Assembly (NCBI GenBank): GCA_963708135.1
Contig: OY970192.1
Span: forward strand, 3,840,001 to 3,904,000
Source: an uncultured Gemmatimonadales bacterium
GTDB lineage: Bacteria; Gemmatimonadota; Gemmatimonadetes; Longimicrobiales; RSA9
Reading direction: 5' to 3'
DNA length: 64,000 bases
Below, in pieces: positions 41,623-51,640 of the stretch (position 1 is its first letter; the number at the start of each line of letters is the position of its first letter). The translations under genes were made by a program, and so were the position numbers. A model generated the notes under the pieces. The model saw nothing but the letters and a program-made list of their open reading frames with translations. It was not told the origin of the DNA and searched no databases.

Positions 41623-42282
41623 GAGCGGGGGAGTGGGGGAGTGGGGGATGCGGCGGGCTTCGGCGCCCTCGCGTCACCCGGCGCGGCGCCGATGGCGGCG
41701 GGACGCCGGTCCGGCGAACCGCCGCTGGGTCGCGGCCGCGACCCAGCGCTCGAGGCCCCGCATCCCGGCGCCCCCCGAACCCACGCGCCGCGGCGCGGCG
41801 AGGACGCGAGCCCCCGGACCCCGACGAACCCCCGGACCCGCGCGGCGCGGCGAGGGGCGCGAGGCACCCCGACGAACCCCCGGACCCGCGCGGCGCGGCG
41901 AGGGGCGCGAGGCACCCCGACGAACCCCCGAACCCGCGCGGCGCGGCGAGGGGCGCGAGGCACCCCGACGAACCCCCGAACCCGCGCGGCGCGGCGAGGG
42001 GCGCGAGGCACCCCGACGAACCCCCGAACCCGCGCGGCGCGGCGAGGGGCGCGAGGCACCCCGACGAACCCCCGAACCCGCGCGGCGCGGCGAGGGGCGC
42101 GAGGCACCCCGACGAACCCCCGAACCCGCGCGGCGCGGCGAGGGGCGCGAGGCACCCCGACGAACCCCCGAACCCGCGCGGCGCGGCGAGGGGCGCGAGG
42201 CCGGGAGATCGGAGAGGCGAAAGCGGCGTCCGCCCGGGGTCTCCCACTCTCCCACTCTCCCACTCTCCCACTCTCCCACTCC
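41623..42282. mobile_element. MITE-like element containing an 8 x 48-bp tandem array
   Basis: (GGGGGAGT)n left arm, (CTCCCACT)5 right arm; 48-bp units at 41821-42200. Confidence 0.75.
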
Positions 42283-42304
42283 CGCCCGACCGCTCCGAAA
42301 CGCG

Positions 42305-43378
42305 TCACATCCCCACTCCCGCCTCCCACCCCAGCGCCTCCACGACCGCGTCCTCCTCCGCCGGCAGCTCCTCCGCCTCGAACCCGGGCGGCACGATGAC
42401 CGCGGGATCCTTCAGCCCGTGGCCTGTGAGCACACAGACGCAGCGCGCGTCCATGGCGACGCGCCCCTCAGCCACCGCCACGCGCAACCCGGCGACGCTC
42501 GCGGCGGATGCCGGTTCGCAGAAGACCCCTTCGCGGCGGGCGATCTCCCTCTGCGCCTCGAGGATCCGCTCGTCCGTGACCGCCAGGATCTCGCCGCCCG
42601 ACTCGCGCGCGGCGGCGATCGCCGGCTCCCAGGTGGCGGGGCGGCCGATGCGAATCGCGCTGGCCACCGTCTCCGGATGCTCCACGGGGTGGCCCAGCAC
42701 CAGCGGCGCGGCGCCGGCGGCCTGCACGCCGACCATGCGTGGCAGCGCGCTGCTCCGCCCGTGCTCCAGATAGCGGCGGAAGCCGAGCCAGTAGGCCGTG
42801 ATGTTGCCGCCGTTGCCCACCGGCAGGGCGAGGACGTCGGGGGCGTCGCCGAGCGCGTCGCAGACCTCGTACGCCGCCGTCGTCTGGCCCTCGATGCGGT
42901 GCGGGTTCACCGAGTTGACGAGGGCGACGGGGTGGTGCTCCGCGAGCGCGCGCACGAGCGCGAGCGCCGCGTCGAAGTTGCCGTCGATCGAGATCACCCG
43001 GGCCCCGTACGCCACCGCCTGCGCCACCTTGCCGATGGCCACCTTGCCCCGTGGCAGCAGGACCACCGCCGTCAGCCCGGCCCGCGCCGCGTACGCCGCC
43101 GCACTGGCCGCGGTGTTCCCGGTGGAGGCGCAGGCGACGGTGTGCGCGCCCCCCTCCATCGCCTTCGCCACGGCCACCACCATGCCGCGGTCCTTGAAGG
43201 AGCCCGTGGGGTTCATCCCCTCGTACTTCAGGTGCAGCGATGCGACGCCGAGCCACGCCGCCAGCCGGGGCGCCGCCACCGTGGGTGTGCTCCCCTCGTG
43301 CAGCGTGAGCGCCGGCGTGCGGGCCGTCACCGGCAGGAGCTCCGGATAGCGCCGGAGCACGCCCTCGTTCGCCGTCAC
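42305..43378 (-). CDS. thrC: Threonine synthase
   Basis: NPTGSFKDRGM, ASTGNT, NSVNPHRIEGQ, PVGNGGNI, FCEPASAAS, LTGHGLKDP. Confidence 0.95.
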   Translation of the reverse strand: MTANEGVLRRYPELLPVTARTPALTLHEGSTPTVAAPRLAAWLGVASLHLKYEGMNPTGSFKDRGMVVAVAKAMEGGAHTVACASTGNTAASAAAYAARAGLTAVVLLPRGKVAIGKVAQAVAYGARVISIDGNFDAALALVRALAEHHPVALVNSVNPHRIEGQTTAAYEVCDALGDAPDVLALPVGNGGNITAYWLGFRRYLEHGRSSALPRMVGVQAAGAAPLVLGHPVEHPETVASAIRIGRPATWEPAIAAARESGGEILAVTDERILEAQREIARREGVFCEPASAASVAGLRVAVAEGRVAMDARCVCVLTGHGLKDPAVIVPPGFEAEELPAEEDAVVEALGWEAGVGM

Positions 43379-44379
43379 GTGCCACCTCCTTCCACCCGGC
43401 TCTCGCCGGCCCCGAGCACCCTTGCCCCTTCCCGCTCCACGCGCGCCGCGAAGGCGACGATCCCGCCGCGGCCGCCCGCTCCCGCTCCCGTGCCTCCGCC
43501 CCGCTGCGCGCTCGCGCCCGCCTCTGCCTCGCGGAAGAGCGCCGCCATCGCGTCGGCCACGGCGGCCATCCGCTCCGGCGGGCCGAGCGCGACGAGCCCC
43601 GAGCCGCCGCCGGAGATGGTGGCTCCCCACGCGCCCGCCTCGACCGCCGCCGCGAGCGCCGCCGCCGCGCCCGGGATGAGCGGCAGCCGGTGGCGCACGT
43701 GCAGCTCGTCCAGCAGCCCGAGGCGGATCAGCTCGGCGTCGCCGGTCTCGAGCCCGCGCACGAGGGCGGCCATGCGCCCGAGGCCGCGGGCGGCGGCCCC
43801 GTGCGGCACGCGCTCCGGCAGGGCCGCGCGCGCCGCCGCGGTCGGCAGTCCGGCCGCGGGCGCCGCGAACGCCACGCCGATCCCCTCCGCGAGCGGCAGC
43901 GGAAAGGGGTGCGCGCGCCCGTCCTCCCCCGCCGCGATCGCGACCAGCCCGCCATAGAGGGCCGGCGCGCTGTTGTCCGGGTGCCCCTCCCACGCGACGG
44001 CGTCGGCCAGCAGTGCCGGCCGCTCGGCGGCCGGCGCGCCGCGCGCAGCGTCCGCGAGCAGCAGCCCGGCCACCACCGCCGCCGCGGACGAGCCAAGCCC
44101 CTTCCCCACCGGGATCCGCGAGTCCACGCGCAGGAGCCCCCTCCCCTCCCGTCCCCCCGCTGCCGAGCGGGCGCGGAACACGCGCATGAGCAGGTCCTGC
44201 TCCGGCGGCCCGTCCACGTCGGCGGCGAACCCCTGCCGCTCGAGCCGGAGCGGCCCCGCCCCCGGCTCGTAGCATGCCGTGAGCGAGCGGTCCAGCGCCA
44301 GCCCCAGGCAGTCGAAGCCGACGCCCAGGTTCGAGGTGCTGGCCGGGACTCTCACGCAGAGCGGGTCGGGAGGAGGCAT
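43375..44379 (-). CDS. thrB: Homoserine kinase
   Basis: VPASTSNLGVGFD, PVGKGLGSSAAA, EGHPDN, SGGG. Confidence 0.95.
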   Translation of the reverse strand: MPPPDPLCVRVPASTSNLGVGFDCLGLALDRSLTACYEPGAGPLRLERQGFAADVDGPPEQDLLMRVFRARSAAGGREGRGLLRVDSRIPVGKGLGSSAAAVVAGLLLADAARGAPAAERPALLADAVAWEGHPDNSAPALYGGLVAIAAGEDGRAHPFPLPLAEGIGVAFAAPAAGLPTAAARAALPERVPHGAAARGLGRMAALVRGLETGDAELIRLGLLDELHVRHRLPLIPGAAAALAAAVEAGAWGATISGGGSGLVALGPPERMAAVADAMAALFREAEAGASAQRGGGTGAGAGGRGGIVAFAARVEREGARVLGAGESRVEGGGT

Positions 44380-44411
44380 ATCGGCTCCAGGTAACGAATG
44401 ACGGCGGGTGA

Positions 44412-44465
44412 AGGTGGGGTGAGGGCGAGGGCGGGGAAACTCCACCCCCACGCTCACCCCCACCC
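44412..44465. terminator. Imperfect hairpin between cox and thr genes
   Basis: GGTGGGGTGAG...CTCACCCCCACC inverted repeat. Confidence 0.4.
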
Positions 44466-44577
44466 GCTGTTCGTCTCGTTGCCGGATACACTCGGCCGCC
44501 CCGTTCGCTCTTCGCGCGGGGCGGCAGATCGGGCGCGTCGCCTGCGGCGCACCCGGGGGCGGGCCGAGCGATCCGGA

Positions 44578-44922
44578 TCAGCGGATCGTGTAGTGGGGAA
44601 GCACTCTGAAGAGGATGATGAGGCTGATGACGACCGTCGTCGCCAGCAGCAGCGGCGCCACGAACACGCTGCTGAAGACCTTGCTGTCGAACTTCAGGTG
44701 CATATAGAACATGACCACCAGGACGAACTTCGCCGCGGACAGGGTCAGCAGCAGCGGCACCATGACGGAGTGGAGGGCCGGGATGTAGTAGACCGCCACC
44801 TCGATCGCGGTGATGACGGTGAGCACCGCACCGATGGCCACGTACGTCCACGCGCCGGGATGGGTGTGGACGTCGTGCTCGACCTCGTGCTCTCTGCTCT
44901 CCGCGTAGGCTTCTCCGGGCAT
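44578..44922 (-). CDS. ctaF: Cytochrome c oxidase subunit IV (caa3-type)
   Basis: ITAIEV, KFVLVVMFYMHLKFD. Confidence 0.85.
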   Translation of the reverse strand: MPGEAYAESREHEVEHDVHTHPGAWTYVAIGAVLTVITAIEVAVYYIPALHSVMVPLLLTLSAAKFVLVVMFYMHLKFDSKVFSSVFVAPLLLATTVVISLIILFRVLPHYTIR

Positions 44923-44932
44923 GATCGCTCTC

Positions 44933-45537
44933 CTACTGGAGCAGGTAGACCAGGGTGAAGATGATGATCCAGACGATGTCGACGAAGTGCCAGTAGAGCC
45001 CCGCGATCTCGACCGTCAGCGCCTTGGACTGCCCGAGCTTCCCGCGCCACGCCTGGACCCATAGGCTCAGCAGCCAGATCACGCCCACCGTCACGTGCGC
45101 GCCGTGGAAGCCGGTCAGCACGAAGAACGTGGAGCCGAACAGGTTCGTCTGCAGGTGCAGCCCCTTCTCCCAGAACTCGGTGAACTCGAACGCCTGGAAG
45201 CCGAGGAACGTCGCCCCGAGCAGCGCCACCATGAAGAGCCACAGGAGCGTCTGCTTGCGGTTGCCCCGCTGCACCGCCGCGAGCGCGAGCACCATGCAGA
45301 GCGAGCTCATCAGCAGCACGAACGTGCTCACCGAGGTGAGCGGGATGTTCAGGATGTCGTGCGGATGGGGGGGAGGACGCTCTGGTGCTTGTACACCATG
45401 TACGTCGAGATCAGCGAGCCGAAGAACAGCGTCTCCGACCCCAAAAAGATCCAGAACCCCAGCTTGAAGGTGTTCAGCCCCGTCGAGGTCTCGTGCTCGA
45501 GAACGCTCTCCGCCGGGAGTGCCGCCGCGTGATCCAT
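44933..45537 (-). CDS. ctaE: Cytochrome c oxidase subunit III, frameshifted at a C7 run (probably an assembly error)
   Basis: KLGFWIFLGSE in one frame; TFVLLMSS, TGFHGAHV, GLYWHFVD in the next; one extra base at 45367-45373 joins them. Confidence 0.9.
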
Positions 45538-45559
45538 GTTCCTCGCTTCGCTCGTCACC

Positions 45560-45610
45560 GCAAGCGCAAAAGCAAGCGCAAACGTCATTTGCGCTTGCCC
45601 TTGCGCTTGC
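45560..45610. repeat. Hairpin built of GCAAGCGCAA / TTGCGCTTGC units
   Basis: gcaagcgcaaaagcaagcgcaaa-cgtca-tttgcgcttgcccttgcgcttgc between ctaD and ctaE. Confidence 0.8.
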
Positions 45611-45612
45611 GT

Positions 45613-47442
45613 TCAGTGGATGGGCTCGTACGCCCAGTTCACGACGCCGATGGCCGCCCAGGCCAGCCCGATCAGCGGCAGCCACCACAGCTTCATGTCG
45701 CTGTGCATCGGCATGAACAGGATGAACGTCCCCGCGATCCCCACCGCGGTGAAGATCGGCCAGTAGGAGGGCGGCGGCAGGTGCACGTGCTCGGGCTCGG
45801 CCTGCGCGGCCGCGATGATCTCGTCCGCGCCCTCGAGCCAGAGCGGCTCGCGGTTGTGGATCACCGGCACGCGGCCGAAGTTGTACTCCGGCGGCGGCGA
45901 GCTCGTCGCCCACTCGAGCGTGGGCGCGCCCCACGGGTTGTGGCCCGCCGGCGTCCCCTTCCTCCAGCTGCGCAGCAGGTTCCAGGCGAAGATCAGCACG
46001 GCCACGGCCGTGAGGTAGCCGCCCACCGTGGACACGATGTTCCAGCCCTGCACGTTCAACTGCGCGGAGTAGGTGTAGGTGCGGCGCGGCATCCCGAGCA
46101 GCCCCGAGAAGTGCATCGGGAAGAAGGTCAGGTTGAGCCCGATGAAGAACAGCCAGAAGTGCCACTTCCCGAGCGTCTCGCTCATGAGCCGGCCGGTCAG
46201 CTTCGGGAACCAGTAGTAGAAGCCGGCGAACACGCCCAGCATCGTGCCGCCAACCAGCACGTAGTGGAAGTGGGCCACGACGAAGTAGGTGTCGGTCTGC
46301 TGCAGGTCGGCGGGCGAGGTGGCGTGCATGACGCCGCTGATCCCGCCCAGCGTGAACGCGCCGACCATACCCACCGCGAAGAGCATGGCCGTGGTGAAGC
46401 GCAGCTGGCCGCCCCACATGGTGGCCAGCCAGTTGAAGATCTTCACCCCCGTCGGGATGGCGATGATCATCGTCGAGATGGTGAAGAACGCGTCGGCGAT
46501 CGGGCCCAGCCCGGTCGCGAACATGTGGTGCGCCCACACGCCCCAGCCGATCAGCCCGATCAGCGAGCCGGAGTACACCATGACCGCGTAACCGAAGAGC
46601 GGCTTGCGCGAGAATGTCGGGATGACGTCGCTCACGATGCCGAAGGCGGGCAGGATCAGGATGTAGACCTCGGGGTGGCCGAACAGCCAGAACAGGTGCT
46701 GCCACAGGATCGGATCGCCGCCCGCCGCGACCTCATAGAAGTTGGTGCCCCAGAAGCGGTCGAAGGTCAGGAAGAAGAGCGCCACCGCCAGCACGGGCAG
46801 CGCCGTGATCAGCAGGAAGCTCGTGACCAGCGACATCCAGGTGAAGAGCGGCATGCGCATGAGCCGCATGCCGGGTGCGCGCAGGTTCAGGATCGTGGTG
46901 ACGAAGTTCACGCCGCCCATGATCGAGGCAATGCCGAGGATCTGCAGCCCGAGCGAGTAGAAGTCCATGTTCAGGCCGGGCGAATACTGCCGCGTGGACA
47001 GGTTCGCGTAGCCGAACCAGCCGCCGTTCGGCGCCGAGTTGAAGAACCAGCTGGCGTAGATGAACAGACCGCCGAACAGGAAGAGCCAGAAGGAGAGCGC
47101 GTTCAGCCGAGGGAACGCCACGTCGCGCGCCCCGATCTGGAGCGGCACGAGGAAGTTGAAGAACGCCACCGCGATCGGCATGCCGACCAGGAACACCATG
47201 GTCAGCCCGTGCATCGTGAACAGCTCGTTGTAGAGCTGCGCCGAGACGAACGTGTTGTCCGGCCGCACCAGCTGCGTCCGGATCAGCAGCGCCTCGACGC
47301 CGCCGCACAGCAGAAAGAACAGCGACGCCCCGCCGTACAGCACGCCGATCTTCTTGTGGTCGACCGTGGTGATCCAGTCCCGGAACCCGCCGCGCCGATG
47401 CGCGGCCGCTCCCGCCTGGACGTGTGCTTCCGCTGTGGCCAT
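45613..47442 (-). CDS. ctaD: Cytochrome c oxidase subunit I (A1-type)
   Basis: DHKKIG, MHG, FGHPEVY, WAHHM, HFHY, GMPRR. Confidence 0.97.
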   Translation of the reverse strand: MATAEAHVQAGAAAHRRGGFRDWITTVDHKKIGVLYGGASLFFLLCGGVEALLIRTQLVRPDNTFVSAQLYNELFTMHGLTMVFLVGMPIAVAFFNFLVPLQIGARDVAFPRLNALSFWLFLFGGLFIYASWFFNSAPNGGWFGYANLSTRQYSPGLNMDFYSLGLQILGIASIMGGVNFVTTILNLRAPGMRLMRMPLFTWMSLVTSFLLITALPVLAVALFFLTFDRFWGTNFYEVAAGGDPILWQHLFWLFGHPEVYILILPAFGIVSDVIPTFSRKPLFGYAVMVYSGSLIGLIGWGVWAHHMFATGLGPIADAFFTISTMIIAIPTGVKIFNWLATMWGGQLRFTTAMLFAVGMVGAFTLGGISGVMHATSPADLQQTDTYFVVAHFHYVLVGGTMLGVFAGFYYWFPKLTGRLMSETLGKWHFWLFFIGLNLTFFPMHFSGLLGMPRRTYTYSAQLNVQGWNIVSTVGGYLTAVAVLIFAWNLLRSWRKGTPAGHNPWGAPTLEWATSSPPPEYNFGRVPVIHNREPLWLEGADEIIAAAQAEPEHVHLPPPSYWPIFTAVGIAGTFILFMPMHSDMKLWWLPLIGLAWAAIGVVNWAYEPIH

Positions 47443-47470
47443 TCCCGCATCCCGCCGAATGAGTGGTCCG

Positions 47471-48538
47471 TTACTTGAGGCTGGCCAGGTACGCCGCGAT
47501 CGCCTCGACCTCGTGCTGCGTCAGCCCCGTCGGCGGCATCCCGCCCCCGCCGACCTTGATGCCCGGCATGTTGGCCCCCGGCTTCACGGCCGCCGGATGC
47601 GTGATCCACTTCACCAGGTTCTGCTGCGACATCGGCAGCATCCCCGCGCCGATCGTCTCGCGCGACCCCAGCCGCGTGAGGTTGGGCCCGATCAGGCCCG
47701 CGGCCGGGGTGCCCTCGAGCGTGTGGCACGCGACGCACAACTTCGTCCCGAAGATCTTCTCCCCCTGCACCGCCAGGGTGTCGTTCGGCGGCGGATGCTC
47801 GGGCGTCTTCATCGCCGCGACCCACGTCTGGAAGTCCGCCGGCGTCTCGACCACCGCCCGCACCCGCATGTCCGCGTGCGCCGTGCCGCAGAACTCGGCG
47901 CACTGCCCCAGGAACACCCCCGTGCTGTCCGCCGTGAACACGATGTGGTTCACCCGCTTCGCGCCCGTGCCCGGCAGCGCCGGCTGCGGGTTCACGTCCC
48001 GCTTGCCGCCCAGCCGCGGGATCCAGAACGAGTGGATCACGTCCGCAGAGTGCATGGTCAAATCGATCGGCCGCCCCGTCGGGATGCGCAGCTCGTTCGC
48101 CGTCACCACACCGTACTCCGGGTAGCGGAACTCCCACCACCACTGGTGCCCGATCACCTCGACCGTCAGCGCGTTCGCAGGCGCCGGCGCCTGCGTCTCG
48201 AAGATGCCGTGGATCGTCGGCACCGCGATGAAGGCGACGATGATCGCCGGGCCGATCGTCCACGCGATCTCCAGCTTCGCGTTGCCGTGCACCGGCTCCG
48301 GCCGCGGCGCCCCCTCCTTCTCCCGGAACCGCAGCACGATCACGACGAGCGCGCCCCAGACCACCGCGAGCACGAACATCGTCCACCAGAACGTGTTCTC
48401 GAACAGGTGGTTCAGCAGGCGCCCGTACTCCGTCACGGGCTCGAACGTCGTCTGCGGATGACCCGCGCAGCCGACGGCCAGGCCCGTGAGGGCCGCGACC
48501 GCCGCTGCGCGGATGAGGCTACGACTGCGAGCGGTCAT
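47471..48538 (-). CDS. ctaC: Cytochrome c oxidase subunit II with fused cytochrome c
   Basis: Lipobox LAVGC, HQWWW, DVIHSFW, CAEFCG.AH..M CuA, CVACH heme c, KPGANMP. Confidence 0.95.
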   Translation of the reverse strand: MTARSRSLIRAAAVAALTGLAVGCAGHPQTTFEPVTEYGRLLNHLFENTFWWTMFVLAVVWGALVVIVLRFREKEGAPRPEPVHGNAKLEIAWTIGPAIIVAFIAVPTIHGIFETQAPAPANALTVEVIGHQWWWEFRYPEYGVVTANELRIPTGRPIDLTMHSADVIHSFWIPRLGGKRDVNPQPALPGTGAKRVNHIVFTADSTGVFLGQCAEFCGTAHADMRVRAVVETPADFQTWVAAMKTPEHPPPNDTLAVQGEKIFGTKLCVACHTLEGTPAAGLIGPNLTRLGSRETIGAGMLPMSQQNLVKWITHPAAVKPGANMPGIKVGGGGMPPTGLTQHEVEAIAAYLASLK

Positions 48539-48628
48539 TCGCTCCTCTCTGGATCCAGCCGGATTGGGCCGCCTGGGGCGCGGCCGGGCGACGAAAGCCG
48601 CGGACAATAGTAATCATTCTCCGCGCGG

Positions 48629-49732
48629 TCAAGCCGCACCCGGCCGCGCCGCCGCGAGTGGGCCATGCTGCCACGATGCCGCCATCCGACGCGCCTGCCG
48701 CGCGAGCGCCGCCCACAGCGCGAACGCCCCCCACACCGCCGTCCCCGCCGCCACGTGCGCGGCCCGGAAGGTGGGCGGGAAGCCCATGCCGACCATGCCC
48801 GCGGCGATCGCGACCTGGAGCGCGACGACGCCGAGCGCGGCCAGCCCCGCGCGCCGGACCGCGGCATCGGCGGCGCGCCGCCCCGCCAGGATGGCGCCGG
48901 CGAGCGCCTGGAGCACGAGCAGGTAGGCCAGCAGCCGGTGCGTGAACTGCAGGTCCACGAGCCCGCCTCCCGCCGGCAGCAGGCGGCCGTTGCAGAACGG
49001 GAACCCCTGGCACGCGAGCGCCGCGGCGGAGGGGGCGCCGCCCGGGGGCGCGCCGGTGTTGGCCACGAGCGCGCCGAAGGCGACGACGACGAACGCCAGC
49101 CCCGCTCCCGCGGCGGCCGTGCGCCAGACCCGGCGGGCATCGCGTGCGCGCTCCCCGGCCGCCATCTGCATGGTTCCGGCCAGCCGTGGCGCCGGCGTCT
49201 CTCCCGCGGCATGGAGCCCGCCGCTCACGCGCGCGGCGCCGAAGGAGCCGCCCCGGACCGCGGCGACGATCAGCGTGCCGAGCAGCGCCATGGCGTTGGC
49301 CAGGTGCAGCGCGGTGACGGCGGCGGAGGTCAGCTCGAGCTTCACGGTGAGGGCCCCGAGCAGCACCTGGGCCACGAGCAGCCCGGCTGCCAGCAAGGCC
49401 GGCCGGAGCAGCCCGTCGGGCCCCGCGAAGCCGGGCTCGCGCCGGTGCCGCAATGCCCGGACCACCACCGCGCCGATGACGAGGACGATCCCCGCCGCGA
49501 GCAGCCGGTGCGTGTACTCGATGACGGTGTTGAAGGTGAACGGCGGGATCCAGTGGCCGTGGCAGCGCGGCCAGTCGTCGCCGCAGCCGAGCCCCGACCC
49601 GGAGATCCGCACGATCCCGCCCACCACGATCAGCGCGTAGGTATAGACGGCCGCGAAGGCCGCGAGCCGCCCGAATCCCCGGCGCGCGACCGAGCCCGCC
49701 CCCGGGGTGCCGGGCGCGAAAGCCATGTCCAT
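48629..49732 (-). CDS. ctaA: Heme A synthase (COX15/CtaA)
   Basis: GSGLGCGDDWPRCHG, EYTHR, LGALTV, second ACQGFPFCNG...THR. Confidence 0.9.
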   Translation of the reverse strand: MDMAFAPGTPGAGSVARRGFGRLAAFAAVYTYALIVVGGIVRISGSGLGCGDDWPRCHGHWIPPFTFNTVIEYTHRLLAAGIVLVIGAVVVRALRHRREPGFAGPDGLLRPALLAAGLLVAQVLLGALTVKLELTSAAVTALHLANAMALLGTLIVAAVRGGSFGAARVSGGLHAAGETPAPRLAGTMQMAAGERARDARRVWRTAAAGAGLAFVVVAFGALVANTGAPPGGAPSAAALACQGFPFCNGRLLPAGGGLVDLQFTHRLLAYLLVLQALAGAILAGRRAADAAVRRAGLAALGVVALQVAIAAGMVGMGFPPTFRAAHVAAGTAVWGAFALWAALARQARRMAASWQHGPLAAARPGAA

Positions 49733-49935
49733 GGCACACAACTCCGTGACCCAGTTTGGATTGAGGCCACAATATGGGAGAAGTCGCGCCGCACGGCCAG
49801 CGGGCGGGGCCGGAGAGTCCAGAGTGGGCGAGTGGGAGACGGGGCTGCACCCGATCGCGGCGCGGGGTGCCGGGCCCGAGAGTGGCGCCCACCGCGCCGC
49901 TGGCCACACGATCCGCTGGCCACTATCGTGCCGGC

Positions 49936-51081
49936 ATGGGATACGACGTCCTGGTCATCGGCGGCGGGATCGCGGGTTCGGCGGCGGCGCTCGCGGCCGC
50001 GGGGCGGGGCGCGCGCGTGGCCCTGGTGCGCGCGGCGCCGGGCGTCACGGCCATGGCGGAAGGCGGCTGGGCGGGGCCGGTCCCGCCCGCGCTCGGCGCG
50101 GCGCTCGCGGACGCCGGGCTGCGGCTCGTGCCCGCGCCTGGGCCGCTGCCGCACCCGGCGGGGGAGCTGCGCCGTTACGATGTCGCGGCCGCGTCGCATG
50201 CGGCGGTGCCGCTGACCGGAGGTGTGCTGGTGTGCGGCATCGCGGGGCTGCCCGGCTTCGTGGCACCGGCGCTTGCGCGGCTCTGGGGCGACGCCGCCGC
50301 CGTTCCGCTGGCCGCGGCCGTGCTGGACCTCGGCAGGGCGACGCCGCCGGCCGGGTGGGCGCCCGCGTCGCTGGCGGCGATGCTCGATGGCGACGCCGCG
50401 CTTCTCGCCGCGCCGCTCGCCGCGCTGCTGGCGGAGCGGAAGCCGCCGGGCGTGCTGCTGCCGGCCGTGCTGGGCGTGGAGCGCACCGACGCCGTTCTCG
50501 CCGCGGCGCGCGAGCGGACCGGGGTGCCCGCCGGAGAGGCGCTCGGAATGCCGCCGTCGCTTCCCGGCTGGCGACTCGATCGGGCGCTCCTCGCCGCGCT
50601 GGAGGCGGCGGGCGTGGAGCACGTTGCCGGCCGGGTGGTCGGCACCCGCGCCGCCGGGACGCGGCTCGTGGCGGTGCTCGTGGAGGAGCCGGGCGCGGGC
50701 GGCCCGCCCCGCGCGGTCGAGGCCGCCGCCTTCGTCCTCGCGACCGGCAAGTTCGCGGGCGGCGGCCTCCGGGCGGGCCGCTCCTTCCGCGAGCCGGCGC
50801 TCGGCGTGGAGGTCGGACTCGAGGCGCTCGGCCGCGTCTTCGACGACGCGCAGCCGATCGTCGCCGCGGCGCTCGAGCGCGCCGGCGCGCAGCCGCTGCT
50901 CGAGGTCGGCGTCCACGTGGACGGCGACGGCCGCCCGGCCGCTCCCGATGGCGCCGTGCCGTGGCGGAACGTGCGGGCCGCGGGCACCGTCCGGCGGGGC
51001 CTCGGCGCCGCCGCGCCCGGCCTCGGGCTGGCCGCGGCCGACGGCTGGGAGGCCGGCCTCGCCGCCGCGGCGCCGGCATGA
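49936..51081 (+). CDS. glpB: FAD-binding protein, anaerobic G3P dehydrogenase subunit B-like
   Basis: IGGGIAG, LPAVLG, PPSLPGWRL, VLATGKFAGGGL, GLGLA. Confidence 0.75.
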   Translation: MGYDVLVIGGGIAGSAAALAAAGRGARVALVRAAPGVTAMAEGGWAGPVPPALGAALADAGLRLVPAPGPLPHPAGELRRYDVAAASHAAVPLTGGVLVCGIAGLPGFVAPALARLWGDAAAVPLAAAVLDLGRATPPAGWAPASLAAMLDGDAALLAAPLAALLAERKPPGVLLPAVLGVERTDAVLAAARERTGVPAGEALGMPPSLPGWRLDRALLAALEAAGVEHVAGRVVGTRAAGTRLVAVLVEEPGAGGPPRAVEAAAFVLATGKFAGGGLRAGRSFREPALGVEVGLEALGRVFDDAQPIVAAALERAGAQPLLEVGVHVDGDGRPAAPDGAVPWRNVRAAGTVRRGLGAAAPGLGLAAADGWEAGLAAAAPA

Positions 51082-51133
51082 GCGGTCGTCGTACACGGTG
51101 GGCGCTCGCGCGGCCTCGCGTGGAGGGAGCGCG

Positions 51134-51568
51134 GTGATCCGGCGCGCCGCGGCCTGGCTCAACCTGGCCTGGCGGATGGCCGCGCACGTGGCCGCCCTGC
51201 CGCTCCGCCCGTTCCGCGGCGGCGGCGGGGAGCGCTTCCTGGCGACGGTCGGCCCGGAGGGATACCGGCCCCTGACGCCCGAGCTCCGCGCGCACTTCCC
51301 CCCTCGCATGCGTTGCGTGAGCTGCGGGCTGTGCGCCCTGGCGGCGCCCGCCGGCGGCGGAACGGGCGCCACCGCCGCGAGCGCGTGGGGCGAGCCGTGG
51401 ACGTTCGTCGTGGGCGCCTCCCGCTCGATCGACCGCGCCGACCTCGTGGCGGCCGGAACCCTCGACGCGCTCCCGCCCGAGCGTGCAGCTGCCGCCGCGG
51501 CCGTGTGCCCGATGGGCGTGCCGATCGCGCGCATGGCGGAGAGCGCGCGATCGGCCGACGGGCCGTGA
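51134..51568 (+). CDS. Small 4Fe-4S protein (GlpC N-terminus-like)
   Basis: GGAGGGAG RBS, CVSCGLC and CPMGVP motifs; 144 aa. Confidence 0.65.
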   Translation: MIRRAAAWLNLAWRMAAHVAALPLRPFRGGGGERFLATVGPEGYRPLTPELRAHFPPRMRCVSCGLCALAAPAGGGTGATAASAWGEPWTFVVGASRSIDRADLVAAGTLDALPPERAAAAAAVCPMGVPIARMAESARSADGP

Positions 51569-51640
51569 ATCGAGGGCCGGCGCGGATTCACCGGTGACGG
51601 ATGGCTTGACGGGGCGACCACGCGCCGGACACACTTCAGC

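Noticed and set aside
41821..42200. CRISPR array
   Set aside because: Units are identical end to end with no unique spacers, and there are no cas genes; it is a VNTR.
41031..43957. Long repeat-containing ORFs across the 48-bp array
   Set aside because: Open in many frames only because the unit is stop-free and a multiple of 3; they overlap real genes.
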